A stretch of 64,000 nt of DNA from an uncultured Parachlamydiaceae bacterium (GCA_963742415.1 CAVULX010000003.1:256001-320000); one strand, 5' to 3'; shown: positions 28,405 through 38,053, counted from the stretch's first letter. Made by a program: numbers and translations. The notes: generated by a model not told the origin, from the sequence alone.

Positions 28405-29343
28405 ATGAAGAAAAAAAACTTTAAAACCTTGGCTTTAGCACTCGTCTTGATTTTTACAATGCTCAGCCTTTCTTCTTCCCAGTCCAATTTTATACGTGGG
28501 TCGATTGTAGCCTCTTTAAGTCCCTGTTGGAATTGTTTTCACAAACTTTCAAATTTTTCCCTGTTCCATAGAGAATCTCCATTAAATCATGAACAACAAG
28601 TGGAATTTGAACGTTTAACTGTTGAAAATAAGCTGCTGAGAATGGAATTGGATCAATTAAATCAAACACTAGGAACCGACATCGAGGCTTTGTCCATCAG
28701 GGATAGAGACCTCATTCCTGCCCGCATCATCTTCCGCTCCCCAGCATCTTGGGAAAATTCGTTTTGGATCAATGTGGGCAGCGAGACAAATCGTCAGCTC
28801 GGCAAAGAGATTGTAAAAAAAAACAGCCCGGTTTTAGTCGGCCACTCTGTCATAGGAGTTGTTGACTACGTAGGAAAACGGCAAACCCGTGTAAAATTGA
28901 TCACCGATCCAGGGCTTTCCCCCGCAGTTCGCGCTGTTCGGCAACAGGGTAAAACTGTCCATTACTTAGCAAAAGGGGAACTCAGAGGCTCGATAAAGCC
29001 CCTATGGCGCACTGATCAATCTTTGTTGCACGGGATAGGCTTCAACTATGACTTTTCGGATGAAAAAGGGTCCGCTCGAGACTTGCGCACAGGGAAACCT
29101 GCCGACAAAGACAAAATCGCAGCCATGCCAATCGTTCGAGTGGGAGACTTGTTGGTGACTTCTGGCTTGGATGGCGTGTTTCCTGAAGGGCTGCCTGTAG
29201 CTAATGTAACAAAAATCTACCCCCTCAAAGAGGGGGATTATTACTTTGAGTTAGAGGCCAAGCCAACAGTGGAAAACTTAAACGATTTGCCGCTAGTTTT
29301 TGTTTTGCAGCCTGTTGACTTCGACCCCCAAGACATCCCTTGA
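28405..29343 (+). CDS. mreC: rod shape-determining protein MreC-like
   Basis: N-terminal TM, coiled coil ENKLLR, VIGVV..VKLITD, GDLLVTSGLDGVFPEGLPVA. Confidence 0.85.
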   Translation: MKKKNFKTLALALVLIFTMLSLSSSQSNFIRGSIVASLSPCWNCFHKLSNFSLFHRESPLNHEQQVEFERLTVENKLLRMELDQLNQTLGTDIEALSIRDRDLIPARIIFRSPASWENSFWINVGSETNRQLGKEIVKKNSPVLVGHSVIGVVDYVGKRQTRVKLITDPGLSPAVRAVRQQGKTVHYLAKGELRGSIKPLWRTDQSLLHGIGFNYDFSDEKGSARDLRTGKPADKDKIAAMPIVRVGDLLVTSGLDGVFPEGLPVANVTKIYPLKEGDYYFELEAKPTVENLNDLPLVFVLQPVDFDPQDIP

Positions 29344-29346
29344 TCT

Positions 29347-30243
29347 TTATTGAATTAAGGATGTCAGTTGGTCAAGAGATAAACTGTCTAGAAATTCAAA
29401 AAAGAACTTATCCCCATATTCAACTTTCAAGGATTCTTTCATTTCGTTAGCTTTTTCATCATTCAAAATAATACCTTGATTGATTAACGTGGAAAGTTGC
29501 AGCGTGGTTACAACAGGGTCTGTTTTGCTATTATTAGCCTCGGCATGCTTATATAAAAAACTTACGCTTGGTATCCCAAGTTCGGTCAGCTTTTTATCCA
29601 CAGACTCAACCTGGTCCCGCTTGTCATCAATAAAGACAACATGGCTTGGTCTATTGCCGGTTGTTTTTATTAAATATTCTATAAACGATCCCTTTTTCAT
29701 CCCACTCGCGAAAAGAACCCCATTTTTAAAAGAATTAGCAGGTATTTTATCATAACCTTGCGGTTGAAAGGAGGCGGAAAAATCATATCCAGCCGTATTA
29801 AGTTGCATGAATGTCAATTGGTCGGCGTCTTTAAACTCGCTGGAATACCATTTTGTTACCCCTCTGGCCGTAAAGACAAACACAGGAATGTTGCGGGCTT
29901 GGAGATCGCTAACAACTCCGGGCAGAGCTTCTTCAACAGGAACAACAGGGACTTTAGAAGCCACATAGAAAGTCAAGACATCATGCACATTCTTTTTGTC
30001 CCAATGGGAACCATACTTTTTTTCATAGTCAGCAATCTGCTTACGGATGTATTGCCTAAAAGCTCCATTCCCCAGGCTAATAGAAGAGTCTGTCAAAGTG
30101 TCGTCCATGTCAAATAGAACCAGTGAATCTTCTTTTATAGAGGGAAGGATCTCTTTGATGTCGTTAATTTCAACAATTTCAGCTGATAAAAAACTAAATA
30201 TATTCAATAAAATGACCAGTAATAAACATTTAATTTTATTCAT
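29347..30243 (-). CDS. secreted HAD-like protein (DUF2608-like)
   Basis: Signal peptide; LFDMDDTL, FTAR, KG, VFIDDK HAD motifs; start 30243 inferred. Confidence 0.8.
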   Translation of the reverse strand: MNKIKCLLLVILLNIFSFLSAEIVEINDIKEILPSIKEDSLVLFDMDDTLTDSSISLGNGAFRQYIRKQIADYEKKYGSHWDKKNVHDVLTFYVASKVPVVPVEEALPGVVSDLQARNIPVFVFTARGVTKWYSSEFKDADQLTFMQLNTAGYDFSASFQPQGYDKIPANSFKNGVLFASGMKKGSFIEYLIKTTGNRPSHVVFIDDKRDQVESVDKKLTELGIPSVSFLYKHAEANNSKTDPVVTTLQLSTLINQGIILNDEKANEMKESLKVEYGDKFFFEFLDSLSLDQLTSLIQ

Positions 30244-30311
30244 AAATAAATACCATTTTAAAACATGTCTAGTAATTTTAACAAAATTAGGTATATAATT
30301 CAATATTATTT

Positions 30312-31406
30312 TTAAGATTCCAGAAGGGCATTCATATGCTTGCCCGTTTTGATGAGTTCTAATGCAAATACACGCAAAGAATAAAAGAAGACATACAACC
30401 CCTCAACATCTTCGAATTCATGCTTCCTCGTGACATGCCTCGATCTAAATCTGTTTTGCTGGTTTTCGAGTAAAGCAATTGCTTCTTTCAACCCTTCCCA
30501 AGAAACATCCGCTCTCTTCCCTTCTAATGCCTCTGCATATTGGGTTAAGGTTATACGGGTTTGTTCTAACATCTTATCCAACCCTTTTTGCAATTCTTGA
30601 TCGATGATTTTTTCCAACGCTGTTTTACGGACCCTGCTTAAAGAAATGATGTTCTCATAAAGTAAATCCATATGGCCATAGAGCATTTTCCATTCATCCA
30701 ATCCTGAAAATTTGGTTAACAGCTCAAGCTTTGAATCTTCTAAAAAAGTTCGATTTTTCCATAAAAGATCCACGATTTCCGAGGATAAGAGCCTGAAAGC
30801 CTCTCTTTTCTTTTCGGTTAAAGGCTCAAGAGCCACAGCCATATCATAGAGTTCTATGAGATTGCGAAATGTCTTCGAAACGCTTAATCCCATCTTTTTA
30901 GAAACCTGTGCCGGCCAAAACAGATGAGCGATAACGACAGCCGCAGCAACGCCAAGGCAAGAGTCTAGGAATCTAAAAAAACTGAACAACCAGGGACTGG
31001 TCGTCGGCCGCAAACCCCAAAGGATCATTACAACCGCCACCGACAAACAAGAAATCCGCACACTTTCTTTAAGTCCAAAAATGGAGCACACAACGATAGT
31101 AATAATGATACTAAGGCATAAAGAGATAGGATTCGATCCAAGCAGCCAGGTGAAGAATCCCCCCATAAAACAGCCGATCATCACTCCCAAAAAACGCAAC
31201 CAAGCTGACTTATAGGTGCTGCCAAGGTGGGCTTGCTGAACGACAATAGCGGCCAAGGCGGACCACATCCCACTGATGATCGTATCAGGTCTTTGTAAAA
31301 ATTGGCTTAAAGCCAAACCCAAAAATAACCCCAACCCTGCGGACAATCCGGTCTTTATCGCTATTTTCCATTCAACCTTTTCGAGTCTTTGACTGATAAA
31401 ATTCAC
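30312..31406 (-). CDS. FUSC / aromatic acid exporter family membrane protein
   Basis: AIKT.., RFLGVMIG, FRFLDSCLG; TM N-terminal half, helical C-terminal half. Confidence 0.8.
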   Translation of the reverse strand: MNFISQRLEKVEWKIAIKTGLSAGLGLFLGLALSQFLQRPDTIISGMWSALAAIVVQQAHLGSTYKSAWLRFLGVMIGCFMGGFFTWLLGSNPISLCLSIIITIVVCSIFGLKESVRISCLSVAVVMILWGLRPTTSPWLFSFFRFLDSCLGVAAAVVIAHLFWPAQVSKKMGLSVSKTFRNLIELYDMAVALEPLTEKKREAFRLLSSEIVDLLWKNRTFLEDSKLELLTKFSGLDEWKMLYGHMDLLYENIISLSRVRKTALEKIIDQELQKGLDKMLEQTRITLTQYAEALEGKRADVSWEGLKEAIALLENQQNRFRSRHVTRKHEFEDVEGLYVFFYSLRVFALELIKTGKHMNALLES

Positions 31407-31422
31407 ACCGGCTCTTCTATCG

Positions 31423-32448
31423 TTACCCTTTTTTTGCGATTTTTAATTCTTCAAAACTTTTTAATTCGTCATGAAGTCCATTGATGATTTTTCTAATCTG
31501 CTCAATAATGAGCTCTTTATCATAAGTCTTAGTATATACACTGCTATAAATGTTATTAACTCGATTCAATATTTCTGATGTAATCACGCTCTGAGCTAGA
31601 AATTTTTTTGCATTTAGTGAACGGGTTAATCTTGTAGTAGTCGGTTTTTTACTTATTTCATATGTCGTATTGTCTGAAGCACTTCGGTGCCGACTTCTCC
31701 TACTTTTTTGGGTTTCTTTTGAAGTCTTGCTTTGTTGATTTTCTGACTTTATTGAAGGTTCTCCCCCGCCCCGTGATTTTTCATCTGCCCCTTGTTGAAC
31801 TTGCTTCACCGTTTTTGTGCCTGATTCCCCTTCATTAACTTGTTTTTCATTTTTCTTTATTACTTTTTTATCTTCAGGCGAATCTGTAGAACCTTCATCT
31901 TTTTTTTCGGTCGGATTAGTAGAACCTTCATCAACATCTTCTTCAGAATCGGGTTGTTCTTGGTCGATTTTATCGATCCAAGTTTGAATCTCCCCTTTCA
32001 TAGATTTGTCATTATAAACTATTTGCATCGATGCTAAGCCGGGCTTTACATACTTCGTTAAAAATTCAATGGAACAGTTCTTCATTCCTTCATCATTACT
32101 ATGACAATAATTTTGGATAAAGGCATCGATCTCCTCGCGAAGCCCTAACAGGTGGTTATGATGGGCATGATAGCCTGTCAAGTTTAGAACTCTCCTTGAA
32201 GCACCTTGAGCGTTGTATCCCCACCAATTATAATCCTTGTAAGCCATTGCAACCAACTTGCCATCTTCGAGTTTATAGCGCGTCCCTTCATCCTTCTTTT
32301 GATCTTCAATCAAAGGATGCAAGGCGATTTCTAAAAGCGCTAAAAACCCATAGATTTTAGGAGGGCCATTACTGTTTGCATTAAATTGTGGGGCGAATCC
32401 AGGTGTACCACTAGAATTTCTTCTTGCAGGGTCCATATTGAACTCCAA
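31423..32448 (-). CDS. orphan hypothetical protein with low-complexity linker
   Basis: 341 aa; short duplication DEGSTNPTEKK / DEGSTDSPEDKK. Confidence 0.65.
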   Translation of the reverse strand: MEFNMDPARRNSSGTPGFAPQFNANSNGPPKIYGFLALLEIALHPLIEDQKKDEGTRYKLEDGKLVAMAYKDYNWWGYNAQGASRRVLNLTGYHAHHNHLLGLREEIDAFIQNYCHSNDEGMKNCSIEFLTKYVKPGLASMQIVYNDKSMKGEIQTWIDKIDQEQPDSEEDVDEGSTNPTEKKDEGSTDSPEDKKVIKKNEKQVNEGESGTKTVKQVQQGADEKSRGGGEPSIKSENQQSKTSKETQKSRRSRHRSASDNTTYEISKKPTTTRLTRSLNAKKFLAQSVITSEILNRVNNIYSSVYTKTYDKELIIEQIRKIINGLHDELKSFEELKIAKKG

Positions 32449-32548
32449 TTTATAATTTAATATTAGTCTTAACTATAACCTTAAGCTAGACGTATTAAGG
32501 ATAATTTTCAATGTTTATACCGAAAGTATACTCCCTTAGGCAACCTTT

Positions 32549-33337
32549 TTACCATTTGGCTAGGGGGGGCATTGAACATAGGATCGCTTCAGGGTTCCCT
32601 CCGGAAGAAAACCCAAACTTCGTACCTCGGTCATAGAGCAAGTTGAACTCAACATAGTGCGCGCGGAACTCCAATTGCAGTTCCCGCTGTTCTCGCGTGA
32701 AAGGGGCCTTAATACGCCGGCGATAGATGGGCAAGATGGTCTCTAAAAAGTGACTTCCAATGCTTTTCCACAGGGCAAAATCTCGGTCGAAATTTCCGGT
32801 GCTGTAATGATCAAAAAAAATCCCTCCAACACCTCTTTCTTTCCTCCAATGGGGAATGTAAAAATATTCTTTAGCATTCTGGGAAAAACGGGGATATAAA
32901 GTTTCATCGAAAGGATCTAACGTCTTTTTAGCGATGGCATGGAAATGCTCCGTATCCTCTTGATATACAAACCCCATCGGAGTTAAATCAAAACCCCCTC
33001 CAAACCAAGTTTTTTGCTCCGTTTCTATATAACGGATGTTCATATGCACGGTAGGTGCATGGGGGTTTGCCATGTGGGTAATCAGACTAATCCCCGTCGC
33101 AAAAAAGGGGCCTGTTCCATCTTGCATAGGAAAATTATCTCCCGAGACCCCTGACCAATTGACCGCAGCCTTTTCGAACACATCCCCTCGTAATATCCCG
33201 ATCTCCCCACCCCCGCCGGAATGATGCTTCCAAGGCTTTCGCTGAAATTTACGCGCCAGTTCCAAATTTTCGAAAGCGGTGATGATATTGTCTCTAAGAC
33301 TTTTGAGAAATGGAACGATGATTTCTTGGCGGCTCAC
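32549..33337 (-). CDS. hemF: oxygen-dependent coproporphyrinogen III oxidase
   Basis: VFEKAAVN, PTVHMNIRY, WFGGGFDLTP, RGVGGIFFD, YVEFNLLYDRGTKFG; GTG start 33337 overlaps the upstream stop (GTGA). Confidence 0.96.
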   Translation of the reverse strand: MSRQEIIVPFLKSLRDNIITAFENLELARKFQRKPWKHHSGGGGEIGILRGDVFEKAAVNWSGVSGDNFPMQDGTGPFFATGISLITHMANPHAPTVHMNIRYIETEQKTWFGGGFDLTPMGFVYQEDTEHFHAIAKKTLDPFDETLYPRFSQNAKEYFYIPHWRKERGVGGIFFDHYSTGNFDRDFALWKSIGSHFLETILPIYRRRIKAPFTREQRELQLEFRAHYVEFNLLYDRGTKFGFSSGGNPEAILCSMPPLAKW

Positions 33338-34107
33338 GGAACACACCACTGGGGACAGCAATCCATAGCAAAATCCCCATAAATATGCCCCGACACGTTC
33401 GAAGAAGGATCTATTATTACTTTTCCACGGCATGACTTAAAATAAATATCTCCGTCTACAAAAGAACCTTTCTCTAAGCGGACGACAAATAAATTAGGGC
33501 ATGATTTTGAGGGATATATAAAGAGAGAGCCTGTTTTCGAATTCTTCAACGTGATGATGCTGGCACAAGAATGAATGTCTTTGGCAAAACAACATCTTTC
33601 CGCCTCCACATCGCCGCTCACAAAAACGTCTTCTTGATATGTTGAATTCACAGTCATCAGTTGCTTTCCAACAAAGAATTCATCCGAAATTTTACTGCCA
33701 TAAATATAAGCAGGGCCTCTTATCCGTGATAATCCATGAATATTGCTATTCTCAATCCATGCTTCTTCCCCAATCGATAATTTATTGAGATCGGAACCGC
33801 AAGCGGTGAGACTTTTATCTGTCGAGACACCCAATTTCACCCAGCTATTTTCGAAATTGAGATCCCCACCTAGAGTGTCAACCCAGTCGGTCGTTTCATT
33901 TTTGTAACTAACAGCTCCTTGACTAGCCTTCATTGTCGGAAGTACCGTTGCAGAAATGACTTCTGCTGCCATGATATCTTCAACACACTCATAGGGGAGC
34001 TCGCCACGGGGGTCCTTATTGGGTTTACAGCAGCCCTGTAAGAAGAAAAACGTTATAAATGCAAAACCAAAACATTTTACAAGGATCCCCCATTTCATGC
34101 TCCACAT
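33334..34107 (-). CDS. Cys-rich putative lipoprotein with beta-helix-like repeats
   Basis: LQGC lipobox-like motif; G-D/N-V-rich segments (VSGDVE, VDGDIYF, VSGHIYG). Confidence 0.65.
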   Translation of the reverse strand: MWSMKWGILVKCFGFAFITFFFLQGCCKPNKDPRGELPYECVEDIMAAEVISATVLPTMKASQGAVSYKNETTDWVDTLGGDLNFENSWVKLGVSTDKSLTACGSDLNKLSIGEEAWIENSNIHGLSRIRGPAYIYGSKISDEFFVGKQLMTVNSTYQEDVFVSGDVEAERCCFAKDIHSCASIITLKNSKTGSLFIYPSKSCPNLFVVRLEKGSFVDGDIYFKSCRGKVIIDPSSNVSGHIYGDFAMDCCPQWCVP

Positions 34108-35324
34108 CCTATTCTGTAAGCTAATTCTTCCACTAAAGCCTCAAAATCAGGAAAAGAGTCCCCTTCATTTTCATTAGTTCCGCAAGAATTTTTTTGCCTT
34201 ACAGCCACAATTTTCATCCCAGGAAATACCACTAATTGCTGCCCTTTAAACCCTTTTGCCGCGAAAGAGCGCACTCCCCCAATATGCCAACGTGCAAACG
34301 GAAGGTGGTTTTCATTCGCTTGTTTCCAAAAAAGCTCCACATTCTCCTTCGATCCCAAAATGTCGAAAACTTCCTGGCCAAAGTAATTACACCCCCATGG
34401 TGTTGTTGAATGAACTTCCAAATTAACGACACACCCTTCCAGCGACCGGAGTCGTTGAATAAACGCGGGTTGAATTCCTGCACACTCATATTGCTCTAAG
34501 AGCGGGTCATCCCAATAGCAACCGATGTTGTAGTAGTTAAGCCACCACAACACACCATAAAAAGGATTAACACATTGATGAGGCTTTAAAATAAAATTAA
34601 TCCACGCGGAGCTAATCAAACGGTTCCCTTTATAACATCCCCCATTTTCAAGAAGTTCACCGATTTTCACTAAATCGGGAGCTGTCATAATCAGATGCGC
34701 ACAGGCATAGTCGTTTCCTTGAGGATCAGACAACCAAGACACATTTTCGATTCCTAGCGGAGTAAATAGCTTGGCTTTTAAATAATGACTTAAGGACATA
34801 CAAGAAGCTTTTTTAACAATGCCTGAAAGGAGGTTTATCGCTTTGTTATTATCCAAAAGCTCATCTCCCGGAACCGCCGAAAGTTCCGCACAAAGCGCAA
34901 AATTGACAATGTTTTGCACGAGATTAATCTTGTCATTTTCATCGTATTGGATGCCTGAAGTTTGATCTAAAAGGTGGCGAATCGTGATCCCTTTTTTATA
35001 GCCCTGATTCCATTCCGGATAAAAGTGATACACGGGTACATCCACAGAATCCAATTTCTTTTCATCAATTAATATTCCAATCGCAAGGGCTACTATGGAC
35101 TTCGTGATAGACATGGTATCGACGGGCTCCCAAAAGGGCCCTGATCGATATTCCAAAATAGGTCGGCCACAATGTGTAATCAGCACAGCTGTCGATTTGG
35201 ATTCCCTCGCACGTTCTGTTATGCGGCATAAAATGCTTTCTAAATCTGCGTTTAAAAATGAAAATATTCCAAACGAAGCAAACCAAATGGTGATAAGCAG
35301 CCTAAAAAAAACACCTCTTTTCAT
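34095..35324 (-). CDS. beta-lactamase-related serine hydrolase
   Basis: Signal peptide; SITK (SxxK), ITIRHLL..TSG, YGVLWW, GFKGQ. Confidence 0.88.
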   Translation of the reverse strand: MKRGVFFRLLITIWFASFGIFSFLNADLESILCRITERARESKSTAVLITHCGRPILEYRSGPFWEPVDTMSITKSIVALAIGILIDEKKLDSVDVPVYHFYPEWNQGYKKGITIRHLLDQTSGIQYDENDKINLVQNIVNFALCAELSAVPGDELLDNNKAINLLSGIVKKASCMSLSHYLKAKLFTPLGIENVSWLSDPQGNDYACAHLIMTAPDLVKIGELLENGGCYKGNRLISSAWINFILKPHQCVNPFYGVLWWLNYYNIGCYWDDPLLEQYECAGIQPAFIQRLRSLEGCVVNLEVHSTTPWGCNYFGQEVFDILGSKENVELFWKQANENHLPFARWHIGGVRSFAAKGFKGQQLVVFPGMKIVAVRQKNSCGTNENEGDSFPDFEALVEELAYRIGCGA

Positions 35325-35450
35325 GTTAGATCCTCAGTAGTAAAAAAAATATTTAGTTCATATCTAAACAAAAAAATAGATAACCCAAATGGAATATTAT
35401 TATCGAGAAAAACTTTTTGAGATTCTTGGCAGAATCGACCTGAAATAAAT

Positions 35451-35577
35451 ATTGTAAGTTGAAAATTACTGAGTGTAATCAAGTTTAAAAAACCTCTGTT
35501 TTCTCTGTGGTTTATTAAAATTCAACCACAGAGATCACGGAGAGACAATAAATTTAATTATTTGCAAATTACGTTAA
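35451..35577. repeat. MITE/REPIN-like element, copy 3 (shortened inner arms)
   Basis: TGTAAGTTGAAAATTACTGAGTGTAATCAAGTTTAAAAAACCTCTG...ATTTGCAAATTACGTTAA; same element as 22493/22664. Confidence 0.9.
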
Positions 35578-35591
35578 ATATTGAAAATATT

Positions 35592-36233
35592 CTAAGAGGC
35601 TGTTTCCAAGAGCTCAACTTCCCCAGATTTCAAATTATAATACCCGCCGACAATTTTCAGCTTCCCCTCTTCAATTAACCGCCCTAAAACCGGTGTAGCT
35701 TTTAATTGTTGAACAACATTGCGGACATTGGCTTTTACGGCCTTTTCCACAGCATTAGGCATCGTCAACGAAATTCCTTTGATCGATTGTTCGATTTTTT
35801 CGGCTACAGCCTCAATGTTGGATGTCTGGTGATGAAGCACGGCATTCACAGCCCCGCAATTTTCATGTCCCATGACTAAAACCAAAGAAGCATGCAAATA
35901 AAATGCAGAATATTCAATGCTATCCAGCTCAATGTCGCCAACAACATTTCCAGCGATACGCACCACAAATAAGTCGCCAATCCCTTGGTCAAAGACAATT
36001 TCAGGGGAAACACGGGAGTCTGAACATCCAAGGATTGTAGCAAAAGGTTCTTGAGCTGCCTGTAAAGATTCCCTTCTTTCCAGAGATCGATTAGGGTGTT
36101 CTAACCGGTCATTCATGTAGCGTTGATTTCCTTTTTGAAGTCTATCCAAGGCTTCTTTCGGAGGAATAGCAGATACAGACAAGGGGACTAGAACAAAAAT
36201 GCTCAATGTTAATACAATGAAAAAATAATGCAT
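35592..36233 (-). CDS. beta-class carbonic anhydrase with signal peptide
   Basis: GCSDSRV, GDLFVVRIAGN, GHENCGAV. Confidence 0.95.
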   Translation of the reverse strand: MHYFFIVLTLSIFVLVPLSVSAIPPKEALDRLQKGNQRYMNDRLEHPNRSLERRESLQAAQEPFATILGCSDSRVSPEIVFDQGIGDLFVVRIAGNVVGDIELDSIEYSAFYLHASLVLVMGHENCGAVNAVLHHQTSNIEAVAEKIEQSIKGISLTMPNAVEKAVKANVRNVVQQLKATPVLGRLIEEGKLKIVGGYYNLKSGEVELLETAS

Positions 36234-36410
36234 AAAGACCTTTTTTCAGAAATATAGCGATATGGATATAAACAGCAAAGGAAAAAAACAATGTTGAAAA
36301 AAGAAAGCTGTGATTTTTATGAGACCGCAGCCAGAATCTTAAAATTGCGGATATTGAATAGATTTATAATTTTTTTAAATAAATATCTTTAACATTAAAA
36401 GGTGGCTACA

Positions 36411-37079
36411 ATGAATCCAATAACTATAACAGGTGAAAAAAAATTTGTTTCATTTATTAATAGTTTTCAAAGTAAACAAATCCAAACACCTGAACAATAT
36501 AATAAAATTGTAAAGGCAGCTGAATCTCTCTTTAATGAACTTAGCAGACTTGACCCTGATTCCAAAGAGTATAGAAAGAAAAAAGACAAATTTTACAAAT
36601 ATAATGGCCTGATTTATCAATACAAATACCAAATGAAAAAATATTCAACCAATAGTGAGCCAAATTCAACTCTTTCTAAACGTAAACGAAAAGATGATCA
36701 CATTGGACCAAATAAAAAGCTCAAACATGATGGAAACAGTGAGAAAAGTAGCAATGATAGCATAGACTGCATAATAATTATTGAAGAAAACTATCAAAAA
36801 GATATCGCTTATTTAAACTCGGAAATAGAAAAAAAAACTAATAGAATAAATGAGCTAGAATTTAGCAATTTTTTAATCGATGAGAATAGCCATAAATACA
36901 AAGGAAAATACAAAGATGAAAAAAGAATGAAAGAAGAGCAATACGAAAAGTTAATAGACATGGTTAAAAAAGCTAACGGGAAACTCTTAAGCTTGGAAGA
37001 GCAAATGGGGGAAAAAGATGAAAAACTGGAAAAATTAAATAACAAGATTAATGGTATAAAAATAATCTTAGAAAATTGA
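36411..37079 (+). CDS. orphan Lys-rich coiled-coil protein
   Basis: AT-rich ORF with a basic patch KRKRK..KKLK and C-terminal heptads; start may be GTG 36402. Confidence 0.6.
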   Translation: MNPITITGEKKFVSFINSFQSKQIQTPEQYNKIVKAAESLFNELSRLDPDSKEYRKKKDKFYKYNGLIYQYKYQMKKYSTNSEPNSTLSKRKRKDDHIGPNKKLKHDGNSEKSSNDSIDCIIIIEENYQKDIAYLNSEIEKKTNRINELEFSNFLIDENSHKYKGKYKDEKRMKEEQYEKLIDMVKKANGKLLSLEEQMGEKDEKLEKLNNKINGIKIILEN

Positions 37080-37093
37080 ACTTTTAAAAACCC

Positions 37094-37244
37094 CATACGC
37101 ATCAAGCTAATGTAAACATTTGTACCAGGCAGGCTGAAAGCCTGCAAATGATTATACATGATATTACCTGGGACGCTGCCCCAGGCTATTGTAAACCAGG
37201 CTTTCAGCCTGGTAAAAATGGTTTACCTTAGCTTGATGCGTATG
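37094..37244. repeat. nested palindromic element with 24-bp TIRs and inner REP-like hairpins
   Basis: CATACGCATCAAGCTAATGTAAAC vs GTTTACCTTAGCTTGATGCGTATG (23/24); inner CAGGCTGAAAGCCTG, CCTGGG..CCCAGG, CCAGGCTTTCAGCCTGG. Confidence 0.88.
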
Positions 37245-37369
37245 CGGCTTGCCGCCGCGCTCCAAAAAACTGTCAAACTCGAAGACCTGAAAACGTCCAA
37301 ACTTAAAATTCCCCTCGTGAATTTATGTTGATTAAGAAACGTCCAAACTGATGTTTGTGTTGATTGATT

Positions 37370-38053
37370 TCAAATCAGGGACAGATTGACAAAAGTGGCT
37401 TTCGATAAATCCTTAATTTTCTCCACCGACCACGATTCGTTTCCGAAATCTCCAGGATAGCAACTATAAGCCATATGTGCATAGGTTTTGGAAATTTCAA
37501 GTGCTGCTTTCTTAACAAGAAAAAAATTCTTGAATACCTCTTCATCTATCTTTTCTTTCGACGCCTGTTGGGTTTCTGACAACATTTTTAATAAGCCTTC
37601 TAGATTGTAACTTTTCAATGCCATGGCAATCTGTTCACTATTTTCTCCAGAGGGTACAAATGCCATTGAGAGACCATTAAGAATGGTTGCATAAAAGGAT
37701 TTTTCCTGTTCATCCAAAAAATTAATCTGCTCATTTACTTCAGCATCCGAAGGAGTATACGAACTAAGTTTAAATTGCTGAAAGACAGTTGAAATCCTGT
37801 TTAATTTTTCTTGAGGTATAGGGGTACCTTTTTTTTCGTTCACATTGTTAAGATGAGCTAGAAATAAGGTATTAGCAACCTCTTGAGTAATTTTTGCAAG
37901 CGCATTTTTTACTGCCGCCAACTGAAAATCATTAAAGCTACCATGTGATAATACCGCACGGCCATTGATCGTGCGTAAAGATATCCCTCTTTCATCAGGG
38001 TTTCTTTGTGTTTTCATTTGTGGAACATTAATAAATAAGTCTATCGACAACAT
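37370..38053 (-). CDS. orphan hypothetical protein
   Basis: 227 aa ORF, no recognisable motif. Confidence 0.6.
   Translation of the reverse strand: MLSIDLFINVPQMKTQRNPDERGISLRTINGRAVLSHGSFNDFQLAAVKNALAKITQEVANTLFLAHLNNVNEKKGTPIPQEKLNRISTVFQQFKLSSYTPSDAEVNEQINFLDEQEKSFYATILNGLSMAFVPSGENSEQIAMALKSYNLEGLLKMLSETQQASKEKIDEEVFKNFFLVKKAALEISKTYAHMAYSCYPGDFGNESWSVEKIKDLSKATFVNLSLI

Noticed and set aside
33338-33433. N-terminal extension of hemF
   Set aside because: Overlaps the upstream gene; GTG 33337 gives a GTGA-coupled start.
37291-37349. 13-bp direct repeat AAACGTCCAAACT with 33-bp spacer as a mini-CRISPR or target duplication
   Set aside because: Only two short copies, no palindrome, nothing mobile between them.
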